Origin: Mesotaenium endlicherianum
Lineage: Eukaryota
DNA: 64,000 bases
Direction: 5' to 3'
Assembly: GCA_009602735.1 (NCBI GenBank)
Contig: WELA01002099.1
Location: 152,535 to 216,534 of the forward strand
Shown here: piece by piece, positions 11,157 to 22,100 of the stretch
Position numbering within the stretch: the stretch's first letter is position 1
How the letters are laid out: the number at the start of each line of letters is the position of its first letter
Position numbers and translations under genes: made by a program
Notes under the pieces: model-generated
Database searches by the model: none
What the model saw: only the letters and a program-made list of their open reading frames with translations
Told to the model about the DNA's origin: nothing

Positions 11157-12833
11157 TTAAGGGGTTGTTCCTGGGGCTTCAGGGTCAGGAGACGGAGATC
11201 TGGACCTAGATCTGGACAGCCCTCTAGGTCTGTCAGCTGGCCTTCTAAAGAACCCTGTTTGCTCTAAAGTTGGCCCTCGAGGAGAACGGAGGATGGTGGC
11301 CTGCTCTTCAACCACTTGGGTGTTGATTCCCACATAGACAGGCATTCCAGTAGGATGCTGAAATACATTGGCTAGAGGTACATGCCCCTGAGCGGAGGGG
11401 GAGGCTGGCATACCTCTGGCCCACCCGCGTGTCCCTCTTCTGGCACCCCTGTCCTCTGGGGATTTCTGTCTGTGTCTGCTGCCCAGTACCGTCAGATCAG
11501 CTTCTTCCCCTGCTTGGGCAGGTGGGCTGGGGGAGCGAGCGCGGGGTCCAGTTGTCGCCATAACGGGGATCACATTCCACAAACCTGATCGTGGTTCTTT
11601 AAGAAGTGCCACTGCCTGTCCCTGGGTATCCTGAGTACCCGCTGCTGATGCTTCTCCTTTGCCTTGTTCTCCTTCCTCATCCTCCTCATCCTCCTCTTCG
11701 GAAAGAGTAGGGGTCTCGTCCACGAAGTCGTCCTGCTCCCTAGTAGACATGGAGTAGTCTACCGACCTCCCTTTCTTAGGGCGCGCTGGAGGTTGCTTGG
11801 CCTTCAGCCTACTGATATCTATCCGGCCTGCATTCTTTGCCCATTTGACAAAGGCATGCTTTCCCTTAGAGAAGTACTCTCTTCCCCTCCTCCTATGTTC
11901 CTTGGTCTCTGCATTCATATTGCTCAGGCATCCATTCAGCCTGGGGTCCCAAGGGGCAATGTGAGGTGGTAGGATGAGATAGCCGTCTAGGCCATAGTGG
12001 AAGTCATCCGGTTGGGCTCGGTCACACTCCTGCTTCTTATTTGTGACGGTCATCCACCTCCAGTCTGTTGGCTGCTGGTAGTACTGGGGTCCGTGCTCAG
12101 CCTTCCTCAGTTTACACGGGAACCAGTGGGGAGAGAACATCTGCTGTCCTGCTTCCCTGGCCAAGTACTCCCAGCTCCTTCTTTCAACTTCATTGTAAGC
12201 TGACAGGAGTGTGAGGTAGAATACCGTATCCTTAAAGCTATCGGGCCGCATGCTCACCATCCGGATGAGTCTCTGATCTCCCACTATTCCCGGTATGGGG
12301 ACCGGCTTGTCTTCTGAATCATCTGCGAGATACCGGGCCTGCTCTGCTGTATAGCCCACCATCTTAGCATAATCTTCGTAAAGGACCACGCCGGTGTGTG
12401 TCTCGATGTACCTGTCCAGTGCTGTAGCTCCTTCCTTCTGTAGCAGTGTTGTCTGTTCCAGCCTGTTGATCTCCTGGGCTGCCAGCAATGCTTCCTTCAG
12501 GTTATCGAAGTTTTGGCCACCCACCACAGTATACCTGTAAGTGGCCAAGCTCTTCTGTCTGTCCGCTTCAATCTTTTTTCTTTTCTCCTCTTCTGCCGCT
12601 GCCGCTTCTTCTTGCTGTTTCTTCTGTCTCTCCTCCTCAGCCTTCCTGAGGTTTTCCGCTTCCTGATCCTTCTTCCTCTGTGCCTCTTCTGCCGCCTCTT
12701 GTTGTTTGCGGACCCTTTCTTGTTCTCTCCTGGTGAGGGACGTCGCCGCCAGCTCCTTCTGGTATTGCTCCATTGTCCTCCTGGCTTCTTCTGCCTTGCG
12801 CTTTCTGTCCTCCTTTTGTGTGGTGGGCGCCAT
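11157..12833 (-). CDS. Accessory ORF3 of A1 (558 aa from ATG 12833), function unknown: basic NLS-like/coiled-coil N-terminus, aromatic-rich core, acidic tract, RS/SP-rich tail
   Basis: Uninterrupted frame between the pol stop and the PPT. Homologous frames at 40645-41890 and 8430-8570. Confidence 0.85.
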   Translation of the reverse strand: MAPTTQKEDRKRKAEEARRTMEQYQKELAATSLTRREQERVRKQQEAAEEAQRKKDQEAENLRKAEEERQKKQQEEAAAAEEEKRKKIEADRQKSLATYRYTVVGGQNFDNLKEALLAAQEINRLEQTTLLQKEGATALDRYIETHTGVVLYEDYAKMVGYTAEQARYLADDSEDKPVPIPGIVGDQRLIRMVSMRPDSFKDTVFYLTLLSAYNEVERRSWEYLAREAGQQMFSPHWFPCKLRKAEHGPQYYQQPTDWRWMTVTNKKQECDRAQPDDFHYGLDGYLILPPHIAPWDPRLNGCLSNMNAETKEHRRRGREYFSKGKHAFVKWAKNAGRIDISRLKAKQPPARPKKGRSVDYSMSTREQDDFVDETPTLSEEEDEEDEEGEQGKGEASAAGTQDTQGQAVALLKEPRSGLWNVIPVMATTGPRARSPSPPAQAGEEADLTVLGSRHRQKSPEDRGARRGTRGWARGMPASPSAQGHVPLANVFQHPTGMPVYVGINTQVVEEQATILRSPRGPTLEQTGFFRRPADRPRGLSRSRSRSPSPDPEAPGTTP

Positions 12834-13100
12834 CCTGCACATGTAACCAGGGCACAAGTTAGTAGGATATGGACCTTTGTCATAGGGATTGCAGGAAGTA
12901 TGTTAGTATTTAGTATAGTGGCTTCGCTGCTGTTTACCTTACAGGATGATTGCTAAAAGTTGACGTAGTTGCGATGCGCTACACATAAACGTATGAGTGT
13001 GTTTTTATCGCTCTCGCTCACTAACTGTCATATATTTTCCCCTCCAACTTAAATGGAGACAGGACCGCCTGTCACCTTCCCGTGTCAACTGAAATGACAG

Positions 13101-16100
13101 TTATGGAGGGACTCCAGCGGCCCGAAGGTGGAACCGTGTCAACGCCCCTTTGGCATTGGTCAAGTGGTCCTTAAACTCCCAAGTGTCCCCAGAGGCATCG
13201 TAACCCTTCCATCGAATGAGGTATTTCATGACATATTTAGACGATCGACGGACCGAGCGAGCGTCTAAAATCTCATCGACCTCATATTCCTCAGGGTCGC
13301 CGTCCCGGACAGCGGGGACCGGTCCCGGTTGGACAGGGAACCGACCTGTGAACAGTGTATCACCTTTGATGTACGGTTCCAGGAAGGAGACATTAAAGAC
13401 CGGGTGCCCCTTGTATTCAGCTGACATGTTCAGTTTGTAAGCATTCTGACCGACACGACGGACCACCGAATATGGACCGACCCAGACAGGGCCAAGCTTT
13501 TTCTTGACCACACCAGGGAGGTACAGGTGCTGAGAATGCAGTTTGACTAAATCCCCCTTGGAAAATGTCAGTTCCCGACGGTGTTGATTAGCGTATTTTT
13601 GTTGGTTTTCTTGGGCCGTGTGCAAGTTTCGTTGGACTTCTGACAGGGTGTCAGCAAACTCCTGAGTTAACTGGAGGGAGACCGGGTTGTCAATCCCTTC
13701 AGGGTGAGTTAAAGATTCCCCTAGCACATCTAGAGGAGACTTAGGGACTCTACCCAGGCTGAGTTCAAAAGGAGTTTTGCCCGTTGACGCGTGCACCGCA
13801 CTGTTGACCGCAAACTGAATTTGAGGCAACAGGTCATCCCAATTATCTTGTTTTTGGTTAATATATGCTCTCAGCACCTCCTGCAGAACTCGGTTAGTTC
13901 TTTCAGTCTGCCCATCAGTCTGAGGGTGGTTTGCTGTGCTGAGCAGCTGTTTGACTCCCATTAACCCCATTAAAGCTCTCCAGAACTTAGAGGTGAATTT
14001 TGAGTCTCTGTCTGAGATGATATTAGAAGGGAGCCCATGTTGGCATACTACATGGTTGTAAAACTGTCTCGCTGTTTCGAGTGCAGTCACTTTGACAGTT
14101 GTGGGGATAAAAATGACCATTTTTGTCAGTTTATCCACGACTACCAGTATTGAATCATGCCCGTTGGCAGTTCTTGGTAGTGAGACCACCCAGTCCATGG
14201 ATATAGTTTCCCAGCGTCCCGCTGGGATGGGTAGCGGTTGCAAGAGACCTCCGGGTGGTGTGTGCCGAGACTTATTTCTCTGACACTGGTCACAGGACTT
14301 GACATATTTCAAGACCTCCCGGGGTAACCCCTCCCAATGATAATGTTTTGCCAGTTTGCCAACAGTTTTGGCCTGCCCCAAATGTCCACCCAGGAGACTG
14401 TCATGAGCTTGACTCAGTAAGAGAGACCTTATTTCCAAGTTATTAGGAATGACCAGCTTCAGCCTGCCTGAAGTGGTTTCAGTCACCCAGACCCCTCCCT
14501 TGAGCTTATACCCGAGTGCAGTAGCACGACACACACCAGTAGTGGGGCTGGGCTCAAATGTTGGGTCAGAAAGGTAGGCTTTCCTAAGTTGTTCAAGGAA
14601 GGACTTTTTCACCTTTAGTGAAGTGAGTGCACACAGGACTTTATCTACAGCATGCTGACTAAAGTTCCTTTCTTGCAAGTCAGGTCTTCTAGAGAGTGCA
14701 TCAGCAGGATTCAACTTCCCTGGTTTGTAGTCGATCTGGACTTGGAACTGCTCCAGCATCTGGCTCCAGCGGTTCTCCCTCCTCGACAGCTTGGACTTCT
14801 TCTGAAAGTGGGTCAGAGCTAGATGATCTGTAATCACCTTAAAAGCTTTACCATGTAAGTATGCTCTCCACTGTTTGAGTACATGAATGATAGCTAGCAG
14901 CTCTTTATCATGCACTGAGTAATTAATCTCCGCTGGATTAAATTTCATAGACTCATACAACACAGGATGCCACTCCTGCCGTACCTTACCATCCTTTGTG
15001 GTTTTGTCAGCAGGCTGCAACAAAATAGCACCCATGGCAAAATCAGAGGCATCAGTAACCACCTGCACCGGTTTGCTGGGGTCATACACGGCTAGCACTG
15101 GGGCAGAACAAAGGGCATCTTTAAGGGTCTGGAAGGCAGCCTGCTGCTCTTCCCCCCACACATACCCGATGTCTTTCTTAGTAAGGTCAGTCAGTTTACT
15201 GGCCTTTGTGGAATAATTCTCAATAAATCTCCTATAGTAGTTAGCCAACCCGAGGAAGGATCTAACTTCAGAGACAGACTGTGGTACTGGCCAGTCCCTT
15301 ATGGTCTGGACTTTCTTAGGATCCACACTGATGCCCTCTTTACTGACAACGTGGCCTAAGAATTCAATACTTTCCTTAAAGAAATCACACTTGCTCATTT
15401 TAGCATACAAGTGATTTTTCCGCAGAGTGTCCAGCACTTTCTTTAAGTGTTCAGTGTGCTGAGCTTCATCTTTAGAGAAAATTAAAATATCATCCAGGAA
15501 AACTTGCACAAACTTATCCAAATAAGGTCTGAAAATGTCATTCATAGCACCCATAAAGGTAGCAGGAGCATTAGTCAGTCCAAATGGCATCACGTTGAAC
15601 TCATAGTGTCCATAACGTGTGCGGAAAGCAGTCTTGTGTTCATCCCCCTCAGCAATTCTGATTTGATGATAACCACTCTTGAGATCTATCTTACTGAACA
15701 CCTTAGCGCCAGACAGGGTATCAAGCAAGTCCTCGATTCTGGGTAAAGCATACTTGTTCTTTACTGTAATTCTGTTCAGGGCTCTGTAATCCACACACAT
15801 CCGCATACTGCCATCCTTTTTCTTAACAAATAGGATAGGTGCGCCGTACGGTGATTTACTGGGAGAAATGTAACCATTTTCCTCCAGCTCTGCAATCTGT
15901 GTTTTCAACTCCTCGCTCTCCAAATAAGACAAGCCATAAGTGCGTTGCCAGGGTGGCTGGCTACCAGGTAATAGATCAATCCTATGATCTACTTCCCTTT
16001 TAGGGGGTAGTCCTGGAGGCATGTTAAACACATCAGTGTACTGAGCAACAATTTTTGCAGCAGTAGGGTGCTCCGGAGGGCTTACCTTTTTCTCAACCAC

Positions 16101-16910
16101 TTCTTCAGGTTGAGGAGGTACCTCTCTTAGCAGCAGACAGAACATTCTGTCTTCCTTCTGGTTCCAGCTTTTGACGAACTCCATTGCATTCAGCAACTTG
16201 CATCCTTCTGGAAGCCTCTTCTTTTCCTTCATTTGCCATCCACACAGGACAAGAGGAAGAGCACTGGTGGGTGCCAAGTCAGTCTGCCCATCACTGGCTC
16301 CTCTCACTTTAACTGTACCTCTGCTCCAACACACTTCAGCTTGATGTCTATTAAGCCAGGACCTGCCTAGCACGAGATCATAAAAGCCAGTGTTGAGTAC
16401 CTCAAATGTAAGCGTTTCAGTTAGAACTGCAATGCCAGAACCTAACTGGACCTCAATAGGCTTGGTTATAACTCCTCCCGGGATACTTGAGGCATCTCCA
16501 AGGAATATTTTTCTATTCCCTTGGGTGACAGTAGGCAGCCTTAGCCGCTTAACTAAGTCCTTGTGAATAAAAGTATGTGACGCCCCTCCGTCAACAAATG
16601 CCCTCACCTTCCTACCTGCAATCATGCAATGCAGTAGGATAGGGGGGACTGTCTTTTCCTGACTTTCGCATTGTTCTCCTGACGTAGCAAAGAAATGTTG
16701 GACATCAGGTGGAACAAGAGCATCCAGAGTGTGCACTCTCTGGACGTCTATATTACTGATGGTCTCCTTTATCTGTTTGTCAGGCATGCATAGTGAATCC
16801 AGTTCAGCAGGACCCATAATACCTGCTACGAGGGCAGCTAGTGACGACTCACTATCTCTAGCATCCTCATAGTCAGTAGTCTGGATTACTGACTGTTGCT
16901 GTCTTTTAAA
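13101..16910 (-). CDS. pol: A1 Pol polyprotein (protease, RT, RNase H, integrase, chromodomain), probably expressed by -1 frameshift
   Basis: [75 protein letters not shown] order indicates Ty3/Gypsy. Confidence 0.97.
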   Translation of the reverse strand, partial: FKRQQQSVIQTTDYEDARDSESSLAALVAGIMGPAELDSLCMPDKQIKETISNIDVQRVHTLDALVPPDVQHFFATSGEQCESQEKTVPPILLHCMIAGRKVRAFVDGGASHTFIHKDLVKRLRLPTVTQGNRKIFLGDASSIPGGVITKPIEVQLGSGIAVLTETLTFEVLNTGFYDLVLGRSWLNRHQAEVCWSRGTVKVRGASDGQTDLAPTSALPLVLCGWQMKEKKRLPEGCKLLNAMEFVKSWNQKEDRMFCLLLREVPPQPEEVVEKKVSPPEHPTAAKIVAQYTDVFNMPPGLPPKREVDHRIDLLPGSQPPWQRTYGLSYLESEELKTQIAELEENGYISPSKSPYGAPILFVKKKDGSMRMCVDYRALNRITVKNKYALPRIEDLLDTLSGAKVFSKIDLKSGYHQIRIAEGDEHKTAFRTRYGHYEFNVMPFGLTNAPATFMGAMNDIFRPYLDKFVQVFLDDILIFSKDEAQHTEHLKKVLDTLRKNHLYAKMSKCDFFKESIEFLGHVVSKEGISVDPKKVQTIRDWPVPQSVSEVRSFLGLANYYRRFIENYSTKASKLTDLTKKDIGYVWGEEQQAAFQTLKDALCSAPVLAVYDPSKPVQVVTDASDFAMGAILLQPADKTTKDGKVRQEWHPVLYESMKFNPAEINYSVHDKELLAIIHVLKQWRAYLHGKAFKVITDHLALTHFQKKSKLSRRENRWSQMLEQFQVQIDYKPGKLNPADALSRRPDLQERNFSQHAVDKVLCALTSLKVKKSFLEQLRKAYLSDPTFEPSPTTGVCRATALGYKLKGGVWVTETTSGRLKLVIPNNLEIRSLLLSQAHDSLLGGHLGQAKTVGKLAKHYHWEGLPREVLKYVKSCDQCQRNKSRHTPPGGLLQPLPIPAGRWETISMDWVVSLPRTANGHDSILVVVDKLTKMVIFIPTTVKVTALETARQFYNHVVCQHGLPSNIISDRDSKFTSKFWRALMGLMGVKQLLSTANHPQTDGQTERTNRVLQEVLRAYINQKQDNWDDLLPQIQFAVNSAVHASTGKTPFELSLGRVPKSPLDVLGESLTHPEGIDNPVSLQLTQEFADTLSEVQRNLHTAQENQQKYANQHRRELTFSKGDLVKLHSQHLYLPGVVKKKLGPVWVGPYSVVRRVGQNAYKLNMSAEYKGHPVFNVSFLEPYIKGDTLFTGRFPVQPGPVPAVRDGDPEEYEVDEILDARSVRRSSKYVMKYLIRWKGYDASGDTWEFKDHLTNAKGALTRFHLRAAGVPP
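16858..16910 (-). promoter_or_regulatory. Putative -1 programmed ribosomal frameshift signal
   Basis: U UUA AAA heptamer in the gag frame (16910-16904), a 9-nt spacer, then the stem AGTCAGTA/TACTGACT. pol is in the -1 frame. Confidence 0.75.
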
Positions 16911-18364
16911 GGCTGGTCTTTTCTCTCGACCTTAGGCAGGTGCCTGACCGGACACTGTTCTCTGTAGTGGCCTTTCTGCTGACAATGGTAGCAAGTAGAT
17001 TTTGCTGAGGCTGGTCTCGGCTTAGTCCTACCACCACCCCTTCCATAGCCACCTCGAGAGGGACCACCTCTACCTCTAGACTGAATAGCATTGTACTCAT
17101 ACTCATATTCATCACCCTGATTATCCTCAGCCTGGTCTCCTTCAACTGCATTGTAGGAACCGTGGGGCTTTTTGACAATCTTAGACACCAAAGCGTTACT
17201 CTGGCGCTTGTGATTGAACTGCTGCTGATCCCAGGCGTCAGCATCCTGGATCAAGTCAGCCAGTTTCTCATACTTTTTCTCAGCAAAATGACCAGAGACC
17301 TCGGATTTCAAGCCATACCTGAAGTATGCTATCCTATACCGTTCTGGCAAATCAGGCTGCTTCATCATGTTCTCTTGGAACTTTTGAGCAAACTCAGCAA
17401 CTGAAGTGGTCTGCTTCAGTGTCAGGGAGATCATCGCATAGATAGCTTTCTCCTGCTGGTTGATGACATCAAACTTCTCATGCAACTTCTCGACAAACTC
17501 TACCCACGTAGGGTCACCGAGTTGCCGAGCCTTACGCTCTTCCTTCCAGTAAAGCCACCAGTCTGCGGCACTGCCTTTCAGTAGCGCACCGGTGTGCCTG
17601 ACCTTCTCGTAATCTTGCAGTTCTGGGTAGTTCTCCAGCCACTGCTCAACATCCGCGAGAAACTTGATCAGGTAATATTTTCTGTTTCCCTCAGGATCAT
17701 AGTCCTGGGGAGGTTTCGGCTTGGGCTTACTAGGCCCTCGGCCACCACCACTAGTGGTGTGAGACCCCAGTTGGTCTCTGTCCCGGAGTAGGGACATTAT
17801 GATTCTTTTGTCCTCCTGCTGGGACTGATACATGGTCGCCATTTGCGACTGCATCTGAACGAACAATGCTCCCAAGTCTACATTTTGGGGTGGTAGATTA
17901 GCAAATGCAGCAGCAGCATTGGCATCTACTCGCTGAGTAGTGTCCTCAACAATCCCTCTTGCTCCTGCAGCAGCAATTCCTGCCGCATTCAGCCGGTCAC
18001 GTATTTGACCTAGGGGTACATTGAGTTGTACGGCAGGAGGTGGGTTCAGAACATTGGCCCTTGATGCCATAAGTTCTTCAACAGTGCGCTCGTCAGCTGG
18101 CTGTCCTTCCCTCCTTTGTATATCTTCAGCGGCCTTTGCTACTTGTTCAGCTTCTAGTCTGGCTATCTCCTCCTCAGCTTGCTGAGCTGCGACTGAGGCA
18201 ATAGCAGCTGCCTCATCTGCAGCCTCCCTAGCTGCAGTATCCGCTACTGCTTCCGAATAGGTACGGTTTCCCGCTACATGGCTTTCCGCCTGGTTTTCGA
18301 CATTCTCGTTATCCTGGTTCTCCATGTCTCGGGAGTTGCTAGTTTGAGACCTTGTCCTTACCAT
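16886..18364 (-). CDS. gag: A1 Gag (492 aa) with RGG tract and CCHC zinc knuckle
   Basis: Starts just after the [41 protein letters not shown]. Confidence 0.95.
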   Translation of the reverse strand: MVRTRSQTSNSRDMENQDNENVENQAESHVAGNRTYSEAVADTAAREAADEAAAIASVAAQQAEEEIARLEAEQVAKAAEDIQRREGQPADERTVEELMASRANVLNPPPAVQLNVPLGQIRDRLNAAGIAAAGARGIVEDTTQRVDANAAAAFANLPPQNVDLGALFVQMQSQMATMYQSQQEDKRIIMSLLRDRDQLGSHTTSGGGRGPSKPKPKPPQDYDPEGNRKYYLIKFLADVEQWLENYPELQDYEKVRHTGALLKGSAADWWLYWKEERKARQLGDPTWVEFVEKLHEKFDVINQQEKAIYAMISLTLKQTTSVAEFAQKFQENMMKQPDLPERYRIAYFRYGLKSEVSGHFAEKKYEKLADLIQDADAWDQQQFNHKRQSNALVSKIVKKPHGSYNAVEGDQAEDNQGDEYEYEYNAIQSRGRGGPSRGGYGRGGGRTKPRPASAKSTCYHCQQKGHYREQCPVRHLPKVERKDQPLKDSNSQ

Positions 18365-18398
18365 ACAAAGAAGACTGTGATAACTGCTCCGATACCAC

Positions 18399-19118
18399 TG
18401 AAATGAATCGACTTACCAAATAGGCGATTAACAATTAATAAAGATCTTTATATCAGCAAGTAATCTTTATGGTATTTTCCGTTAACTGGTTAAACGGCAA
18501 AGGACAACACACTAGCAGTGAATAATACTCGTAAGTCAAATGCGAGTAAACTAGCATCAATAATGCAAATCAGTAAACTCATACATAAGCAAGGTTAGAA
18601 GACAGTGCGTATCAATGGCTTCTTGCCTTGGATTCAGGATTCTCTCAGTAAGCTGTACAAGAGAGTTGGCCTCGTTTCCGAATGCCGAACTCGAGAGCAA
18701 TGCCTAGCATATGTACATGGAATGAGTTTATTGTTCAACGGTCAGTGCGATGGCACCGCCTACCCGGGAGTTAACCACGTTGGTAGGACCTCGGTTAACC
18801 AAATCCACCGCCATCTCCCATCATCCCGAATAGCCATTCATCATGGGGATGTCATCTGGCCATTCATTTAGCAGGTCGTCCTTAGATGCATATCACGGCA
18901 GTTCGCTGCTACCGAGCACGGAAGTCAGCTGGCTGTCAAAGAATGTGTCAGCAAGCTGACTTAAGTTGACTTCAGCCTGCTGCTTTCGGCCGAGTCATTA
19001 AACTGATAATTATGTAAAGTCCAGCAGACTGATTATTAACTAAAGTTCAGCAGGCTGAACTTGATTAACAATTATATTTAAATGAATATTATATCCACTA
19101 ATATACTGATTCATTACA
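18399..19118 (-). repeat. A1 5' LTR
   Basis: 720 bp, followed by the PBS on the - strand. Confidence 0.95.
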
Positions 19119-22100
19119 ACTAACTAGACTAGACTCCCTCTACTTCTTTGTGCTTCCCATTTATGCTTTAACTCTAAGTGTCCTCTTTAGCAAAGTACCT
19201 CCAGAACCTTCTACTATGGCTCCTTCCAATGTAGGTGACCTTGCCTAGTTGGACAAGCTAGCACACTCACACGCACGCTATCACACACTAGAATATTCCA
19301 CTACACAATCCACTAACTCTTCACGAACTTTCTAGAAATTCCACGATCACTTTGGCACTCTACGTAGTTTTTGGAACCCTCGTGTTTCAATGTCCTACTT
19401 TGTGGACTCCAACCGAAATTTCCGTCACTGAACCTGTCCTTGTCACTAATTTGAATCTGTGACACTAAAAACTCACTAAAAATTCTCAAAATTCATAACT
19501 TTCTCAATACTTGTCCAAATGACTTGAAATGAAGGCCAAAGTTCTTCTAAAATCACACTCTATGCATTTAAAATATTAGAAAGATACAAACTACAATTCA
19601 ATAACCTTACATCATCCCCCTCCTCAAGATGCGACGTCCTCGGCGCATACTAAGCATAAGTGACGTCATATGAGGAATCGAGCTCACATATACGCTACAT
19701 AACACACATACACATTTATTATACAAGTTGCAGGTCTTGAACAGGCTCCAGGATGATACTCATTACTCCAAACTTGCTCCACTTAGTGAAAGCTCTATCG
19801 CATACATTGGCTCCACACATGGCGTCTCCTTACACAAGTGCATTTTCTCTTCAACTCCTTCGTCTTGGAATAGGCCAATATCTTCATAAGGGCTGTAACA
19901 TACTCCCTCCATCATCTCCACATACTCCAAAGCTGGATCCAAGGCATAATAGTCCGCCAAATCGCCAAAATACTCATTCTTCGCCCTCTTGGACAAGTGG
20001 CAACTCCTCGTCGCGCCATGTGGCTTACTCGTGGTGCTCTTATAATAGACTACATCATGAACCTAAGTCCACTATGTTCCTGAACCTTCTAGTACCCTTA
20101 GCTACCTCTAGCTCTAAGCCATACTCCTTGTAGAGGTATTGCACTCTCTCAGTCGTGTGCGTGACTCGTGGTGACCTCTCAAGACGCCAAGTGGCACCCC
20201 CCTGACTTTTTCTGACATTTTTAGCCTCAAAGTTGTGCAATCTACATAGTATCACCCCTCTGAACTCACTGGTATGCTCGGTTTCCCCTGATTTTAAGTC
20301 TAAGACCATAAAACCAGATTACGCCTTGCCTCACACATGTGGCTCCCACGGCAGTCCAGCAGACCGCCATGTGGCACTGTCAGAACTTAATTTAAATATT
20401 TTCATAAAATAAATTTATTTTTCTAAATCTGAACCCATAGGACTACCTCTCCACAAAATTTCAGAATCTGAATCAAAGTCTAACACTCAAACGAGATCGT
20501 CACTTTGTGCCTCACGCTCGTAGGACGTACACGCGCGCAACACGTATCAAGCTCCCGCGCCTACAAATGGCACATGCTTAAACCCCTAACTTTGAAACTT
20601 GACTCTGACTCAGGGCAGGCCTCATACTAGGCCTCTCACATCATGTAGGACTTCTAGTGAAGATATTATCCACTCATTTCTAAGTAGGCAAAAAGTAGCC
20701 AAAAGCTGCCAACTTTAATCCTCGCGCTCGCCTACCCATAAAACCCTCAAACATGGACAGATTTGAGTATCCACTATAAACAACTATAACACTCTCCCCC
20801 CTCATCATGAAGGTAAGGCGCTTACCACTCGAGTGTCCAAGTGCATATTTTACGCCTCTCTCGTGCTTGCTTGTATAGGCGCTGATTCTCCTAGCTTCAT
20901 GCACTGGTCTTTGTCATGTATCTCCATCTTAGGCAGGACATATCAGCCCCATAACACTTGGTCTCCTCCTCATAGGTCCATATCCATAAAGTCGTAGTCT
21001 CCATCAAGCGACGATAGTAACCTTCACAAGGCATGAGCGCGTAGTCTCGCTCGTGGTGCACCAAACTCCATCATAGTCTTCTTCTTGGCTAGATGCTCAC
21101 TCCCACATACTTCTGGCTCTTCTTGAAGGTCAACCTTTACACAAGGCTCCAAGAAACACATCTGGAACGCCTCCAAGAGCTCCATAACTTGGGCATACGC
21201 ACATACTCTTAGTGCTTGCACCTCATCTTGTGCACGCACACACGTCGTCTTGCAAGCGGGCTTCTCTTGAGCTCACTTTCTAGGAGCTCCTCCACTTGAG
21301 CAGTTGGGGTCTGCTCTATATATGAGCAAGGGGATCATACACCTCTACTTGCTCCACCGGCGATGCGCGCTCGCCAAGGTTGTTAGGAGGCACGCTTGCT
21401 CCATGCGATTTCCGGGCCAAGGTCACCAAAACAAGTGCTTCTCCTTCACCTTCACCTTCCCGCGTCGCTTCTTTGCTAGCGGGCTGAAGATAGCTACTTG
21501 TGGTCTTATCTATCTCCACCTATTTCACTATCTTCACTTGACCATACTCCTCCTTGGTCTTCACTTGACCCGTGCACTAAAGCACTAGAGGATAGGCTAC
21601 TCTCTTTGTGCAACTCCTTCCACATGCTTAGCTTCTTGAGTGCACTCTAGCCTTGGTCACCCCAATGACACTTCTTACTACTAAACCCAGCTTGCCTTGG
21701 TGCTCTACTTTCACATGAAGAGCTTCCATAGATGCACCAAAATTTGCCCCTTAACTATGCCAACACACAACTATTGGCACACGCACTTCAAGTGGGAGAC
21801 ATCTCTTGCACTAGCCCTCTTGCACCACCTTCATACCTTGCTTCTTCTTCCACACCATAGGCTTGTCTTCATCATAGTTCTCAACTTCATATACTCTGTA
21901 GTACTCTCCTCCATAGAAAAGAGAAATCTGAACTTGAAAGGCTCCATCTCCATCTCTACTCTTTGAAGAAAACATCTGCGTCACTTCTTCTTGCTCCAAG
22001 CCTCCCCCACGGCGCTTTTCTTCACTTGAGGCTTCATCAATCTCCATAAGAATGACCAAGCTCCATCATGGCTGGCCAACAATACCCAGTGGCTATGTAG

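Larger units (their letters stand above)
10327..19118 (-). mobile_element. Full-length intact family A chromodomain Ty3/Gypsy element (A1) with three ORFs
   Basis: LTRs 10327-11043 and 18399-19118 (TG...CA). Perfect TSD ACTAA (10322-10326, 19119-19123). PBS TGGTATCGGAGC at 18386-18397 (tRNA-iMet type). PPT at 11046-11058. gag, pol and ORF3 are all open. Confidence 0.97.

Noticed and set aside
11157..12857. Calling ORF3 an env gene
   Set aside because: Position fits, but there is no signal peptide, hydrophobic membrane anchor or fusion-peptide-like segment
16575..16600. Protease DGG (not DS/TG) and RT FLDD as inactivating mutations in A1
   Set aside because: Same residues in A4, and D/E-GG in other copies, so these are family traits
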